DNA of 64,000 bases. Source: Octopus vulgaris (taxonomy: Eukaryota). Positions 37,920 to 52,149 of this stretch are shown piece by piece (the stretch's first letter is position 1; the number at the start of each line of letters is the position of its first letter). A program made the translations under genes and the position numbers. A model generated the notes under the pieces. That model did not search any database. It had not been told where the DNA came from and saw nothing but the letters and a program-made list of their open reading frames with translations. The stretch is taken from positions 118,730,001 through 118,794,000 of the forward strand of contig OX597816.1 in assembly GCA_951406725.2 (NCBI GenBank). The letters run 5' to 3'.

Positions 37920-39558
37920 AAATAATAATAATAATAAATGAATTTAAAAAAGTTAAGTTCTTAGTGAGTGATCCTGATTTTCAGATAGATGCCAAAAGAA
38001 AAGTATGAATGTCTCTTTCCCTTAATATAAATAAATATAAACAAATTCGGTCAAGCATTAAAGTTATTATTCAGGTGGAGTATCAGAACAAGAGAGTTCC
38101 TCGAGGTTTTACATATCGTTACATTTTGAATTCAAATCCCTTCTAAGTTAATAAAATATGTAGAGTCAAGTACTGAGATGGATTAAACTGACAACTCCAG
38201 TATAAAAAAAAAAAAAGTAGTTAGAAAGCATTATTACAAGAAGCGAAATGATTATGAAGCTAAAGTACTGGACTATTGACCAAACCCCACTACTAGAATA
38301 CCTATTGTGTTGTGTATCTGAGCAGTGAGGCAGAGTGGTTGAGGAGGAAACAATATGTTAGACACTAGAACATCTACTTACCTCAGTTTGCCTAACTGAC
38401 AAACAAGTCCCACACCTATTCTAAAACTGAGTGGTTGGTTTAATGGGGGAGAGGAGAGCAACAGCTGCAAAATAGAAGTCATTTGACTAAAAAGCCTATC
38501 CTGCTTACACTATCAAACAAGCCTATGGATGTGTAAGATATTGATGAAAAAAAAAATGAATACAATTTCAGATGGTAGTACCCTAGAATAGTTACAGCAA
38601 AGTGGTTAGAACCATTAAACCATGTGGTTTTGTAGCTGTTGAAGCCAAACCTAACTGCAACGGTGGTATTGTGTCCTCAGGCAAGATACATTATTCTTGC
38701 TTATTTCAATCTATTCAGTTTATTTTATTTGTTTTAGTCAGCTTAGGATTTGTGCCATGTTCCTAAAATTCAGCAACATAGAGGTTTGGTCTAGTGGTTA
38801 GTTAGGGATGTGTATCTCCTTGTCGTTGGTCTTCTGTAATAATAAGTGTCAGTGCTGCTCATTTTGGCATGAAGATGATGCTGAAGAAGTTCACGAAGAG
38901 CAGACTGGGGAAGAAGGGTTGCGGCCAGGGATAAAAAGGCAAAGAACCCTCTCACAACCTCCTAGATGAAGTTGAGAAGAGACAGCACTGTGGCCTGTGA
39001 ATATCTGTTCCAATATAACTGAAGTCCAATTTTTAAGAAAATAAGGCGGTGCTAATGCCTACTGGCAAAAACCAGCAACAGTAGGTAGGCCAAATGGGGC
39101 GAGGTTTTCATCAGTAGAAAGATACAACAACACATCACAGAATGAATATATTAGCAATATGCTGTTATTTTCCCATTTTCTGACACATCCCTCTTTGGTG
39201 TAAACTTGAAAGATTTCATTAAGCAAAACCATGAAAGATCCTGGATGCCAAATGGGATAAGCAAGCAATGGCAAGAACAAAATCCACAAAAATCCCAAAC
39301 CATGAATGCCAATAGCTAGACTCAACAATACCAATGCCTACCAAATTCTGTAGTCCAAACTCAAAGAAGATAATTGACCTAGGGGTACACCAAAGAAACA
39401 CTTTTGTGACACCACCAAAGAGGTTATGCCTTTTCTTATTTAGTATCCAACTTAACAACTGTAAAAAGTTAGCTGAAGATCCATAAGAACAGGAGGCAAG
39501 GATGCATAGAAGGAAGCTGTTGTGATGAATCAGATTTGATATAAGGTGAGATATAAAA

Positions 39559-39599
<41 letters not shown>

Positions 39600-39611
39600 G
39601 AGTGATCAGTA

Positions 39612-39845
39612 AGTATTTCTTTATTTCCCACAGGGGGCTAAACATAGAGGAGACAAACAAGGACAGGCAAAGGGATAAAGTCGATTATGTTGACCCCAGT
39701 GCATAACTGGTACTTATTTAATCAACACCAGAAGGATGAAAGGCAAAGTTGACCTTGGTGGAATATGAACTAAGAACGTAACAGCAGACGAACTACTGCT
39801 AAGCATTTTGCCTGGCGTGCTATAGATTCAGTCAGCTCGCCGCCC
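39612..39845 (-). mobile_element. Family B SINE (variant tail)
   Basis: Same core as other family B copies; the head ends cagctcgccgcc. Confidence 0.85.
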
Positions 39846-41159
39846 TGAGAGAAGAGATCAATAATGACCTATGGGACAAGGGCCATCTCTGTAGCTGATT
39901 TTGTGGCTAAAGCGTTATTTCAAACCTTGGTGAACTCAGTCAAGAAAACTAGAAGCATCAATGGCAATGAAGGAACCTTGAAAACATCTACAAATAAACA
40001 GAGGGAGATAGAAAGAAAAAGAGAGAGAGATATGCCAAAATGCTGACAGCAAAGAAAAAAGAAAAAGATGCAATGCAGTCATTTGAAAGACATTGGATAT
40101 ATTCCTCTATGTGTTATTGTATAATTGTTACAAACACTAGTAGACCGTTTAACATTTACAAGTTGAAAAACCAGTCTAAGCTTTTAGAAAAGTCGACTAC
40201 TCAAATAAGTAAAAGAAATAAACAAACAAACGACTAGCACACACGCTCAGCACTCCTTGTTCAATTCTTTTTTTAATTTTCCACAATTACAGACAGGCTG
40301 CTGGAGGGAAGATGGAGGAGTTTCTGAATCCATGACGAAATGAGTGAAATTTGAGGAAGGGGAGAGAGGGAGAGAGAGAGAGGTGAGAGAGTGATGAACA
40401 AACTGTAAATCCAACCAGTTCCATCAGTATACCACTAAGGAAGATTACAGTTTGGGTGAACTAACTACTTTACGCACTACTGAAGAAATTATGCAATTTT
40501 TATTTTCTTCATTTTAATCATCCGCCTTGTTGTTCCTCATGGCCTTTCAATGTAACATGCAATACAAACCACACCGAAACATTGCTGCTGAGATATCACA
40601 TGTATGCACGTAAACACACTGCCAAACATACCATCAACTCTGCACCACTTACACCCAAACTCAATTACATGCTCTTGCATATTCTTCAGTTAACACACCC
40701 ACCACAAAGTGGGTCTTTGACTAAGTAACAAAAACACTTTGTCCAATGTATGTACCTGATGGAAGTCTCCATGTAGTTGCCAGACAGTAATAAAAATATA
40801 TAATAAACAAGTCTTTTGAATCACCATCCAGTCTTAAAATGGGGACAAACTCTTTGTTTCAAAAACCAATTTTGACACAAAAAAGTCCTTCACTTTTCCC
40901 ATTTGTATTTTGAAAATAGATGAGACGTTCATGGATAGAATGTCTTTGATCATAGACCTACTTGATCAAGACCAACCTGGGGCTCAACAAGAATACGTTG
41001 TCTAACTGCATTCTCAGACTGCCTGTCTGCATTTAATTATTAATCTTTTCAATGTAGGAGATGCTGACAAAACCAAGTGGTGGTGTTGTTTGTCATATTT
41101 CTTAGATTAGTGAATATAGTCCTACCCCTTTCACAGGTATAACAACAACAACAATAATG

Positions 41160-41620
41160 ATAAATGTCCTGATGCAATACCAGGCAGTGGCTTTCATGGC
41201 TTCTCATCTTAACTGATTGGAAGTGTTATCATGTACATTGCTTTGTCTTGGTATAAATGGTGGGCTACAGCAAATATTCTACTCAATACCACAGATTTGC
41301 TTGTCAGTTGTTTGACTGTAAATAGTTGAGCATGTCACTTAGTGGATGATGATATGAGCTGATGATCATGAGCAGAAGTAGTGGGGGAGCATGCTGAGAG
41401 GAATTCTTTGGAGTTTAGATAATTCACTTCTGGAGACATGGGTATTTTGTTCAACGTCTTTTAACAACCTTTATTCAGGGACCTTTTGAGCAGGATGGGC
41501 TACTTGACCCGAAGAAAATTCTAACTGGGCCCCACCTCTAAGCTCATGCACTGTTCATCTTGATATGAGATCACCATGTCGCGTACATGTGGTTGTGATG
41601 CATGTGCCTGGTGTACCCTT
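41160..41620. repeat. Probable interspersed repeat of unassigned class
   Basis: A block with higher GC than its flanks that starts after an (AAC/AAT)n run. It has no coding motif and one copy in this window. Confidence 0.3.
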
Positions 41621-43138
41621 ACAAATAATCTCTTGTCATTAGATATACAAAGCACATACATGAATAACACTTGAGAAATAACATTTTCAAATATGGTAAA
41701 ACTCAGAGTTCAAGACAAAACAGTGGAGAAAAGGGCTAGGGTGGGGTGGGTCGACTGCCACTGCCACCACCATCATCATTTTAATGTTCACTTTCCCATG
41801 CTTGCATAGGTCAGATGACATTTCCATGGTTGGATTCTCTTCCTGTTGCCAACCCTCATGTTTCCAAACAAAGTAATAAATGGAAATGAACACCACTTGT
41901 ATGATGGTAACTTTCATTTACAAATATTCACAGGATAGTTAGATGAGGAGACAAATATACATACATACTACAGGTTTCTTTCAATTTCTGTTACCCAGAT
42001 CTACTTACAAGGCCTTGGTCAGTCCTGGGCTGTAACACTGAGCAGCAGGACTGAACTCGAAACCATGTGGTTGGAAAGCAAACTTTCTTGACCACACAAC
42101 CATGCTTGTGTTGGTGATAATTAGTCCATGGGAAGGTAGAGAAATCCAACAGAAGTTCATTGTTGAAATTCAAGCTGGTGTGGCAGAATGGTTTTATAAA
42201 TTGACTTGAGATTTGAAACTTCTAGAGAAAACTAGAAGGAACTGTGTATAGGGTAAGTTTGCTAGATTTGTATTCCATTTTGAATATGGTTTCATATTGA
42301 AAACACTGCCTCATTAGAACCAGCCACCACTGCAACACAGGTTAAGTTTGAGAAGGCCTGATCAAAGCCCTTCCTATAAGGGCTAACAACAAGTTTCAAA
42401 GTTCATGTTAAAGTAAAAAACTTTGGTGAGAGTGGATGGAAGAATATTTAGTAACATTTAGGTGTTCCCCAGAAAGAAAGAAGAAAAAAAAATGCAGGCC
42501 ATATATTCTATCTTGGAAGTGGAAGATCAGGTGATATTTTAGCAATAGCAATTAACTTTCTTGTATTGTAAAACAAACAAGTGCAGAAGTAGCTTAATTA
42601 TGTATCTTTCTTTTTTTCTTTTGTAATATCAAATTCTTGGGTGCTCCTTTTACTGACACCTGTAGCCTGATGGGTATTAGTGAAAACTTATGTCATAGTC
42701 TCATATTTCTCTTCTTATCTCTAAAGCTGATTATAAATGGTAGTATAATATAATTTCAACAATAATTAACTTAAAATATTAGGAAAACTTTGAAAAATTC
42801 TCCATTTCAACATATCTAACATTTTTAAAAATTAAATATTGTCCTAGCTATCCTCCACATATGTATGCTCAAAATATGAGCAGGGCAACAATAAGTGGCC
42901 TGCATACTTCCATCTGTGATTGGATATTTCATAAATACCATTGCGCATATATATTGTAATTGAGTATTTGACTGATCCTCCTTTGTTCTCACAATGGGCT
43001 TAATCAGGTAATCTTGCATAAGGAGCAAATGAAAATGAGAAATATTTTCTCCTGTAATTAAATGATTAAAAAATCCAAAGCAACAACCCTCCTCTCCTCA
43101 TTTCATACATTTTATTATCATTATCTGTAGACTGTCTG

Positions 43139-43693
43139 TTGGGTTGACCGGAAAGTTCGTGCCGATTTATAGTAGCTTACCTTTCGACTTATTTTAGAAC
43201 ATGGTTGAGTCCTTAAAACAGGATTTGACTACACCTCCATTTAGAGCACAGTTTAAGCTATCTTTTCATGGAAGAAGGTTTATGTTCCTATAATCTGTGT
43301 TAATTCTGTAACCCTTTAAAATGGAAGATAAGAAAGTTCATTTTCAGCACTTGATGCTTTGGGAACCAAAGCAGCTCGGCTGGGATGTGTTACCCCACCC
43401 TCCATATTCACCAAATATTGTTCCTTCGGATTTCCACTTATTCAGGTCTCTGCAGAATAGTCTTAATGGTAAAAATTTCAATTCCTTGGATGATGTAAAA
43501 AGATACCTTGATGAATGCTTTGCCATGAAACTACCTCAGTTCTGGGAAGAGGGTATTTTCAAGTTAAAGGAAAGATGGAGACGCATTGTGCAACAAAATG
43601 GTTCATATTTGATTGATTAAAAATGTAATGGCAAGTATTTATTGACCTTTTTCTTTCCTTAAAAAATCGACACAAACTTTCCGAACAACCCAA
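43139..43693 (+). mobile_element. Internally deleted mariner element with both TIRs
   Basis: TIRs ttgggttgaccggaaagttcgtgccgattt and aaatcgacacaaactttccgaacaacccaa followed by TA. ORF 43321-43620 has LPHPPYSPNIVPSDFHLF (YSPDLAPSD motif). Confidence 0.92.
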
Positions 43694-44176
43694 TATTTCA
43701 GGATGAAATACTTTAACAGCACGTGAAGTTATTCAAGAAGAATCTATTTTATTGCATAAGTTATATTTTATCAAATACAACAGCAACGAGTTTTGAAAAT
43801 AAATATTGAATTTTTGATTTTTGAAATAATTGTTCAGAGAGTCAAATTTACTGAAACAGTAATAAAAGGAATAATTACCTCAAAATATACAGATAACAGA
43901 GACAGATTTAATGATGCAGGTAATTAGTCCAGGTTATCTGTCCAATTCCTTGTCAAACAATGAAGATTAATTCCTTTATAGAAGTGTGCTGTAACATACA
44001 TCAACAATGGTTTTGGTGTATAGCATTCATACTTACAGAGATGGATCTAACATGTGATGTTCATGCCTTTGTTAAGGTAATTAGTAAAATAAATATAGTA
44101 AACTGGTTTCAACTGAATTAAAACCTGATCCCTAGATTAAAATAGCAGAAGACAAGCCACTTGTTCTCCCCTCTCT

Positions 44177-44207
<31 letters not shown>

Positions 44208-44214
<7 letters not shown>

Positions 44215-44755
44215 CGTCCACTCGTGACCGAGGAAGACCACTGCTGACATTCGGGAACATTGTGCGCTCTAGGACTAACTTATATTTTGCACTTGCGGCT
44301 CCATAGGTGGATAATGAGTCCAGCTCTTGACAAGCATACATGACTGCAAACATTGCAAACCAAGCTTCCCCATTCACTATACCAGCAGTGCACCTTCAAG
44401 CAGAATATGTGCTCTCTCAAAAGCGTCGACCCCACCTCCTCAACCTGCTTCCTCCATCTGTGGCAATGACAAGCATTGCTCTCTCAGTTAGTCTCCTGCA
44501 TATCATAGGTCTTTAATGAGGACTTGACAGTCCTTAAATCACAGTCTTGGTCTCTGCCGGGGGTCTCTTTCCATTCACAAGTTCCCCATATAGCATCTGC
44601 TTAGGGACCCTGCTATCTTTCACTCTAATAAGGTATCCAGTCCAACGTAACTAGTGCTTGTGCACCATCGCCTCAATTCACAAGTTATCAGCTGTCCTCA
44701 GGACCTGTGTGCCTGGAGTTTTTACGGTCTAGCCAACATTCAGAATGTGTCTGAG
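44208..44755 (-). mobile_element. 5'-truncated RTE/BovB-like LINE 3' end
   Basis: Minus strand reads LRWTGYLIRVKDSRVPKQMLYGELVNGKRPRQRP, then a C-terminal CNVCSHVCLSRAGLIIH zinc-finger-like segment, and runs into (TA)n. Confidence 0.8.
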
Positions 44756-46199
44756 AGACAGACAGACACACACATATATACCAACAACAATTCCTTTGAT
44801 TAAATGTCTGAGATGAGATTAAAATCATAATTTGATGAACTATTAACTGTCTCATTAGAATGCCTATTTAAAATTTTTACAACTATGCTAGATTTCAAGC
44901 TCTATCAAGATACCAGACTGGATTTGAACTAGGAACTTTTATTTGTAAACTAAAGATAGCAAATGTCCTTATCCACTGAGTCACAGGTGCATGTGTACAT
45001 CCATGCACAGAAATGAACCCCCTTGATTTTAAGTCAATCTGGAATCATACACATACCACAGAATATGATTACCAGATATTAGAGAGCAAAGTGGTTGAAA
45101 CTTAGCAATAAGTACTGAGGTCAACAGCCTAGAGAACTGCAACCTTAATTTGCAATGACCTGGTTAAAGTTTTACAGGAAAGAGAGAGAGAACATAGTTG
45201 ATTACACTGACGTTATAGGTGCTAGTTTTATTAACAAAACTGCATTTACTGACAACATCATGCTTGTTGGTCGACAGTGCTGAGTTCAATTTCTTCTCTG
45301 AGTAGAGTTGAGCTGAACAGCAGAATTCAATGTTAAGTATAGTTTATACCATGAAAACAAACAAGCATCACAATAACAAATGGCTAAAGAAGTTGTGCTT
45401 GGCTCAAGACAGATTTAGGGGATGGATAAAAGATGTTGATAAATGCAAACATTAGCTTTGTCCATCTATTTGTTCATCTTTAGGCATGTTTCTCCATGTT
45501 AGTACAGGTTAGATGAATATATTATTAAGCCATAGGTTTTATAGTCTGATGCCCGTTGTGTTACTGTTACTTGTTTTTGAAGTAAGGGGTCTCTTAATTC
45601 ACACGTCTTCAGAAGAACAGAACCAACAAACAATTTGTTGACAAAGTAAATGATAACAAACTTCACTGTTTGTAGGTCAGTAGTTTTCATGTGAAATGCA
45701 TAAAATATAAGCATTCACAGACACACCACAAGTTTTATATAGTCTCTATCTAGTAAATTCACTGAAGGTTCTGTGCAGTGAGTCTGAATGTGAAACTATG
45801 CAGTTGGGAAGTGAAATTCTTCAACATTTCATCATTCCTGCATCTTTTCTCTTCAACAAGATGTTGAAGAGAAGCAGTTAATTCCATCAACATTATTTGT
45901 ATGTTTGTTAGCATTCTATGTTCCATAGAGAAATATGAACTAAAAACTACAATTAAAAAGGAAAGAAAGCAATTAAAGATTAGGATGTGTTGATGGAGGT
46001 TCTAATATCAATCATTTCAACCCTGACAATGATTTTGCTAGAGTACTGCAAGATCAGAAACTTGTAAAGGAGAGAGGTAAAGCTGGACAGTACATGTTTC
46101 AGTTTATGACTGGTGCTTACTATATTAACCCTTCCTTGTGGGTTGAAAGGCAAAGTCAGCAGCAGCTGGAATTGAACTCATATTAAAGATCTATAAAAG

Positions 46200-46301
<102 letters not shown>

Positions 46302-47419
46302 ACACACACACACACAAACATTAGTGAATAAGAAATCTGTTCTAATTTTTCTATGTAGCCTTATCTGTTCAGAATCTAGACAAAAGAACATTATGATATT
46401 ACAAGAGAGTTAAGATAATTAGCTCAAAATTTTGCAGAGTAAATGAGTACAACCATATAAAATGCATTATGCCACACATGTACGTATATACACAAACACT
46501 CATACAACATATCACCACACTCAACCATACCCCAATATGACTCATTGATATTTTGCAACCAATACCCTCACTTGTAAAATGGATAAGGGTTGGCAATCTG
46601 AAGAGCATCCAGCCATTGAAATATAGTCTCAAATAAATATCTGTTTAACTTATGTCAGTATACAAAAACAAAAGTAAAGTGAATGTACAAACACACACAA
46701 TGAATACCTGGAAAATCACATCACAGTCACATATAAAACTTTAAACTAAGTCAAATATACACACACCTTATTTATTACCTGACTGACAAAGTAGCCATGG
46801 TTGTCATCCATCAATATTATCAGAATCCACCCTCACCATCACTCACCACAAGCATGGAAGAGCCCACATGATTGAGGAAAATCTCAATCTAGCATCATAC
46901 AAAGATACGTATTTTAAAAGAGTGATGAATATGAAGATGACATTGGCAACATGACAATAACAAATGATAACAAAGTGGCAGTGATGACTGTGCTGTATTT
47001 TAATTACTGTGACAACTACTATCTCCACATCAAATGAGGCTTAAGTAGTTGATTAGACTAAAAGAAAACAATAAGAAGTTTGGCAGCAACAGTTAGATAT
47101 AAAATATAAACTGATGAAAAATAAAGCCATTTGGAAGGAAGAGTGAGCAAAATACAAAACTAATGCAAATGAAAATATAATTAGGAGATGAGAAAGATTA
47201 GTGAATAGAATTAAATGAAATACATGGTTGTTTGCATGTGCATGCACATGCATGTGTGTGTGTGTAATATGACATAATGCTACACATTCTAAAATCTTGT
47301 TCAGCAACATTTCCAAAACACACTCACACACAAACAAAAAAAGCTCTCCCCTACCAAAAATAAGAAGAAATTGTGTAAAATACCTTATCATGTATAACAT
47401 ACACCTTAAATTATTTAAG

Positions 47420-48200
47420 TTTGAAACATAAATTTCCGATCCAACTCCTAGTGTAGATTATTAATAAAACCGAGCATAAACAGATTGGGTTTAGTTAGCA
47501 AGCATATACTCGACATGATTAATCAGAAGATTACAAATGCTATGAAAAGTGCCTTGCAGCTCTTTTGTGTTCATCTCATTATCTCCAATGCTCATCACAT
47601 TACCAAGTGGATCAACAGTACAGAAAACAAGACATTCAATACAAAGGATTTCTACTCCTTTGTATTGAAATGTCTTTTCCTGAAAGCCTTGGAATTCAGA
47701 AAACATTAGTGTTATCAGCAATGATACCAAAGTTATGCCTCTTACTGATCCACTATTTCATGCCCTTAGGGAAAGCTTTGACAGAGTGAAAATTTCTAAA
47801 ATAGCAGAACAGTTATTTATCTTAGATACCCTCAGCAAACTAGTCCCCATGGTTCTGATTTATACAAAGATGAAGTTTAGCAGTTTCTGCACAGCCAAAG
47901 CATGCACAAATTTAGAAAACCTCTAAAAGGCATATTTATGGAATACAATTTAGACATAACCATTAGCAGAAATCTAAGAATAGCTAAATTTTTCAGACAT
48001 CACATTAAATCTGATTACAGGTGAAACAGTGTCCTACAGAATACAAGACAAAGAAACTATATAGGTACACAAATTCCTCGCAACTACAATTAATAACCCT
48101 ATAAATGAGCTAAGTAAAAGAATTTTCAATTGTTACTCTGACAGAAATATATTCAATTGTGCTACCACAATTCACTAACAAGAAATAGCTCCAGAGTGAA
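47420..48200 (+). pseudogene. Penelope-like reverse transcriptase remnant
   Basis: RLLIKPSINRLGLVSKHILD resembles RLINPxKSEIGxISKxILD, FNTKDFYS resembles FDIxDFYPS, LYKDE resembles LYRDD, and DITLNLITG resembles FLDVTLNL. There are many frameshifts. Confidence 0.75.
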
Positions 48201-48651
48201 ATAATATGTACTCTGCAAAAAGTACTGAGTAATCCTTCAGTTTGATTTATTATAACTCAACATAAAAACAAACATTAATATAAGGAACTTCCTCTTTATA
48301 ATTGCAGATTCAGAAAGAGAAACATTGCCAGATCAGATTGGAGCCTGGTGCAGCTACTGGCTCTCCAGACCCCAGTCAAACCATCCAACCCATGCCAGCA
48401 TGGAAAATGGACATTAAACGATGATGATGATGATGATGATAACTATATCTGAAGGACACATTGTACAGAGTAGTCTTAAACATACTGTTTCAAACAGGGA
48501 AAAATAAATGATGAAAAATGCAGGCAGATAAGACAGGTTGTCAAGATTAGGAACATAGTTAGAATGCAATCTGAAACCCTGTACAGAAAGAATTAGACAA
48601 CGGATGATGATCAGAGATCAAGCTGATCAAAATATAGAGTAGAAGTAAATA

Positions 48652-49028
48652 CGGCTGTATGGTAAGAAGTTTATTTCCTAACCACACAATTCTAGGTTCA
48701 GTCCCTCTGTGTCTTCTACTATACCCTCAGACCAAGCAAAGCCTTTGAGTGGATAAAACTGTAAGCCCATTTGGTAGACAGAACCATAGTAAGCCCATCA
48801 TATATGTGTGTGTGAATTTGTCCACTGCTTGGCAAATAATGTTGGTTTGTTTACATTCATGTAAATTAGCAGCTTAATAAAAAAAAAAAGTGACCAATAG
48901 AATAATCACCAGGCTTAGAAAATAAATAAGTACTGGGGTTGATTTGTTTGACTAAACCCTTCAAGGCAGCACCCTGGCATGGCCATAGTCTAATGACTGA
49001 AACAAGTAAAAAAATAAATGATAAAAGA
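48652..49028 (+). mobile_element. Family A SINE, older copy
   Basis: ggctgtatggtaagaag..gtgtcttctactata..gactgaaacaagtaaaa. Confidence 0.8.
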
Positions 49029-49547
49029 TTGCTGTGACTAACAACACAGATATTGCCAAGAGCACAAGTGTTTCTCTTTGAAATGCTATTTCCTAGTCAT
49101 ATAACCATTTTGTGGAAAAGGCACACTAATTTCAAAACAAATCTGTAAAACCAGGACAAGGAACAGAACTCAGAAATAAAACAATATATCTGAACAGAGT
49201 GAGTGTAGTTTAGACATTTTTTAATGCACTGTGTAAGAGAAAAAGCGATTAAATGTAAATGCCTTGAGGAAGTATATGAAACTAGAGGTATGGAACTTAC
49301 ATGTGAACTGATATGAAATTAAAACCACCAGAATTTGATGAGACATGTAGGTCTGCCAAGGCATTAGCTAATACAGTAAAAGACCAAAATAAGGTACGTT
49401 AGGTTGTTTTGAACAGAAGAGACCTTTCCTTAATCTTTTATGAAAGTGTTTGTTTGAAATAGCAGACTGCTACTTCCTATAGAAACCTGACATTATTTTT
49501 TTTGCATTCAATGTAAAAACCACACAAAAATTTCTTTTTATAATATG

Positions 49548-49900
49548 CAGGTATTCCTCAACTTATGTCAGTAATTGATTGTAAGATATGCAGTCTAACT
49601 CGAAAAACAATGTAACATGTAAAAATATTTGGAAAACTTATTAGCTGATATCGTTTTTAATAAATGGTTTGTACATATATTTCCATATGCATTTTGTTTC
49701 ATTTTCCACTTCAGAATTCGCTTTTTTTAAAATTAAAATTTTTATTTTTAAACATTTATGTTTTAAATATTGTTGATGAGACTGACGTAGAGTCAGATAA
49801 ATTGACTGGAGTTGAGGTTTATTATTTTTCCATTAATTTTTTAAATGTAAAGTTGAAAAACCTCTAACTCAAAAATGATGTAAATTGAAGTATGCTCGTA
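49548..49900. mobile_element. Possible Tigger/pogo-type MITE
   Basis: Left end caggtattcctcaacttatg resembles CAGGTAGTCCTCGACTTACG. The imperfect inverted right end is gtaaattgaagtatgctcgTA, and ctaactc.aaaa is repeated near both ends. Confidence 0.5.
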
Positions 49901-50595
49901 TTTACAACTTCATCTTATCTCTCCCCAAACTGCTCATTAGCATATGACGGAGATCACATGATTCTACACAGAAACAACCAACACACAACACAACAAGTGC
50001 TATCATTTGAGTTATCACTATCCACAGGAATTTAGATACAAATGCCCAAGTGGAACTATATGAAACCAGAGACATGAAACTTTATACAATAGTTCCCACA
50101 CATATTATGCAACTGAATATATGAGAATTAACGAATCAAAATGTTTTGTGTGAGAATGAGAATCTGAATGGATGTGTGAAATGAGGAATAATAAAATAGC
50201 TTCATGACATGCATAAAAACAGAGGTGTTGAAAAAAACAAAAACAAAAAAGCAACAAACAAACAAACAGAAAAATGAACCACCAAAGTAGTAATAGTAGC
50301 AGCATTAGTAATAGTAATAAGTGCTGAAAAATAAAATGTGAACAACAAGAAAGAGAAATTAAATATTTATCATGTCAAATTAAAGCTGTCACAATGTTGT
50401 GAAAATACTCCTCTCTCTTTTCCTGTCTCACTCTCTCTCTTTCTCAAACGTACACAAACTCATCAACTTGGCATAAATAAGATAATCGTGATATTGAAAA
50501 CTCATGGCGAATTTTTTTTTTCCCCTCCACATTAAGCAACACAAAATATTTCTTTCTTACTCATACACACACTCCTATTTAGATAGAAAGAAAAC

Positions 50596-50628
<33 letters not shown>

Positions 50629-51209
50629 TACATTTTTAAAATTAGAGCAATTTGTATCAATTGGCAACCATAGCAAAAACGGCGTCAAAATGGCGACTAT
50701 AGTTTGGACAATGAGACATTCACTGATTATGTTACATAACAGTTTTGCACTACTTTGTGGATGAACTGAGCAAAGAATTCAAGCTTTTTTTATGCTCCTA
50801 ATACTCTGAGTTTTTAACTATTCACTCTCTTTAACATTCTCTTTACACTCTCCCATTTTACCCCAGGATGTAACTGGTGCATGAAACACCAGAAGAATTG
50901 GTTCAGAAGACAGGTTAATAAAACTACCAATCCTCTGAATCAATTCTGCTGACAATGACAACAACTATCATAAAGTCATAGACTCCTGGAGACCGCTATG
51001 AAGTATCTTTAGGGGATTTCAGGAAACAGTACACACTAGTGTGGTGCTATGTTACTAATGTATTTCTAATGGCTCATAGCAGGAACTCAACACAAGCTGC
51101 TAGCAGCCGATGCAGCCTGTATACAGCTAAGTAGTTTGGGCCAAGAACTTAAAACTCTTTGTGGAATATTGCTTAACAAATATATACAACCTATATCTTT
51201 TAATTTCTA

Positions 51210-51429
51210 TCCTTTTGCAAACATATTCCTGTTGAAATACACTTTCTTTGTTTCTGCTGATTTTGAAAAGAACGAAGAATCTAGTAAAATAACTGAAATT
51301 ATAAAACTGGAGTTTGGATCATAAATAAACATGAAATTTCGACAGATACTTTTAATTTAGATTACTTCAAAACAAGAAGCTTGTACCACAGAACCAAAAG
51401 TAGTCTTGGATGGGTTGGTATCAGAAAGG
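51210..51429 (+). mobile_element. piggyBac-type MITE, family 1
   Basis: ccttttgcaaac..gaaatacact..gggttggtatcagaaagg-TTAA. Confidence 0.7.
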
Positions 51430-51485
51430 TTAAAAGTAACTAAGAAGTTTAAAAATATGTAGGAAAATACCTTTATATTCATTAA

Positions 51486-51684
51486 CCCTTTTGATGCCAA
51501 CCCAACTGAAACTGTCTCTGACTCTGTAGTACAAATGTCTTGTTTTCATAAGTTTTTTCATAAGTTTTGAAGTGTTCCTAACACCAGCTTAATGACAACA
51601 AAGTTATTTTGCTAAATTCTTTGTCATATTTAAAATTAATTGAAAGAAACACAGAGCACCTCAAAATAAATACAAACAAAAGGG
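51486..51684 (-). mobile_element. piggyBac-type MITE, family 1, inverted
   Basis: TTAA-cccttttg ... caaaaggg-TTAA. Confidence 0.85.
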
Positions 51685-52149
51685 TTAATTGGTGTATAAA
51701 GCTGATGTTTGGAATTCAACTTAAGAAGGAATTCTTAAAATATAGGCTTATTACCAACTAAACTCTCATATTATTTATGTAATAAGATTTGGGCTCCAAC
51801 TTCAATTGATTATGGGTAATTTTAGCTGAACTGGTAATGTCTATCAAGAGAGGTCTCAAGTGGGATGGCATTGAAAGAGTTAAGTTACTTGGCCACATAC
51901 ATGGTGCAACACCAATGATGGGAAATGAACCCTCAATCTATGATGCAGGAAAAGGAACACACTATTAACCCCATTTTCAGCTCTTGCTATCACCAATCAC
52001 ATCATTAAGAGTTTTATAGCTATAGCATATTGAACTTTGAGCAGGAGATGATAAAGAAAAAGAAGTTGTAGTTTTTTTTCTCATTTTTCCAGGCATGTTT
52101 GCAATGTTAGTGAAGTTATTTCCAGTGGGAATCGAGAAAACTGTCTTAA

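Noticed and set aside
39059-39458. Overlapping minus-strand ORFs of 79-91 aa
   Set aside because: No recognisable domain or splice support. They may be a decayed L1/Tx1-type end, but this cannot be supported by eye.
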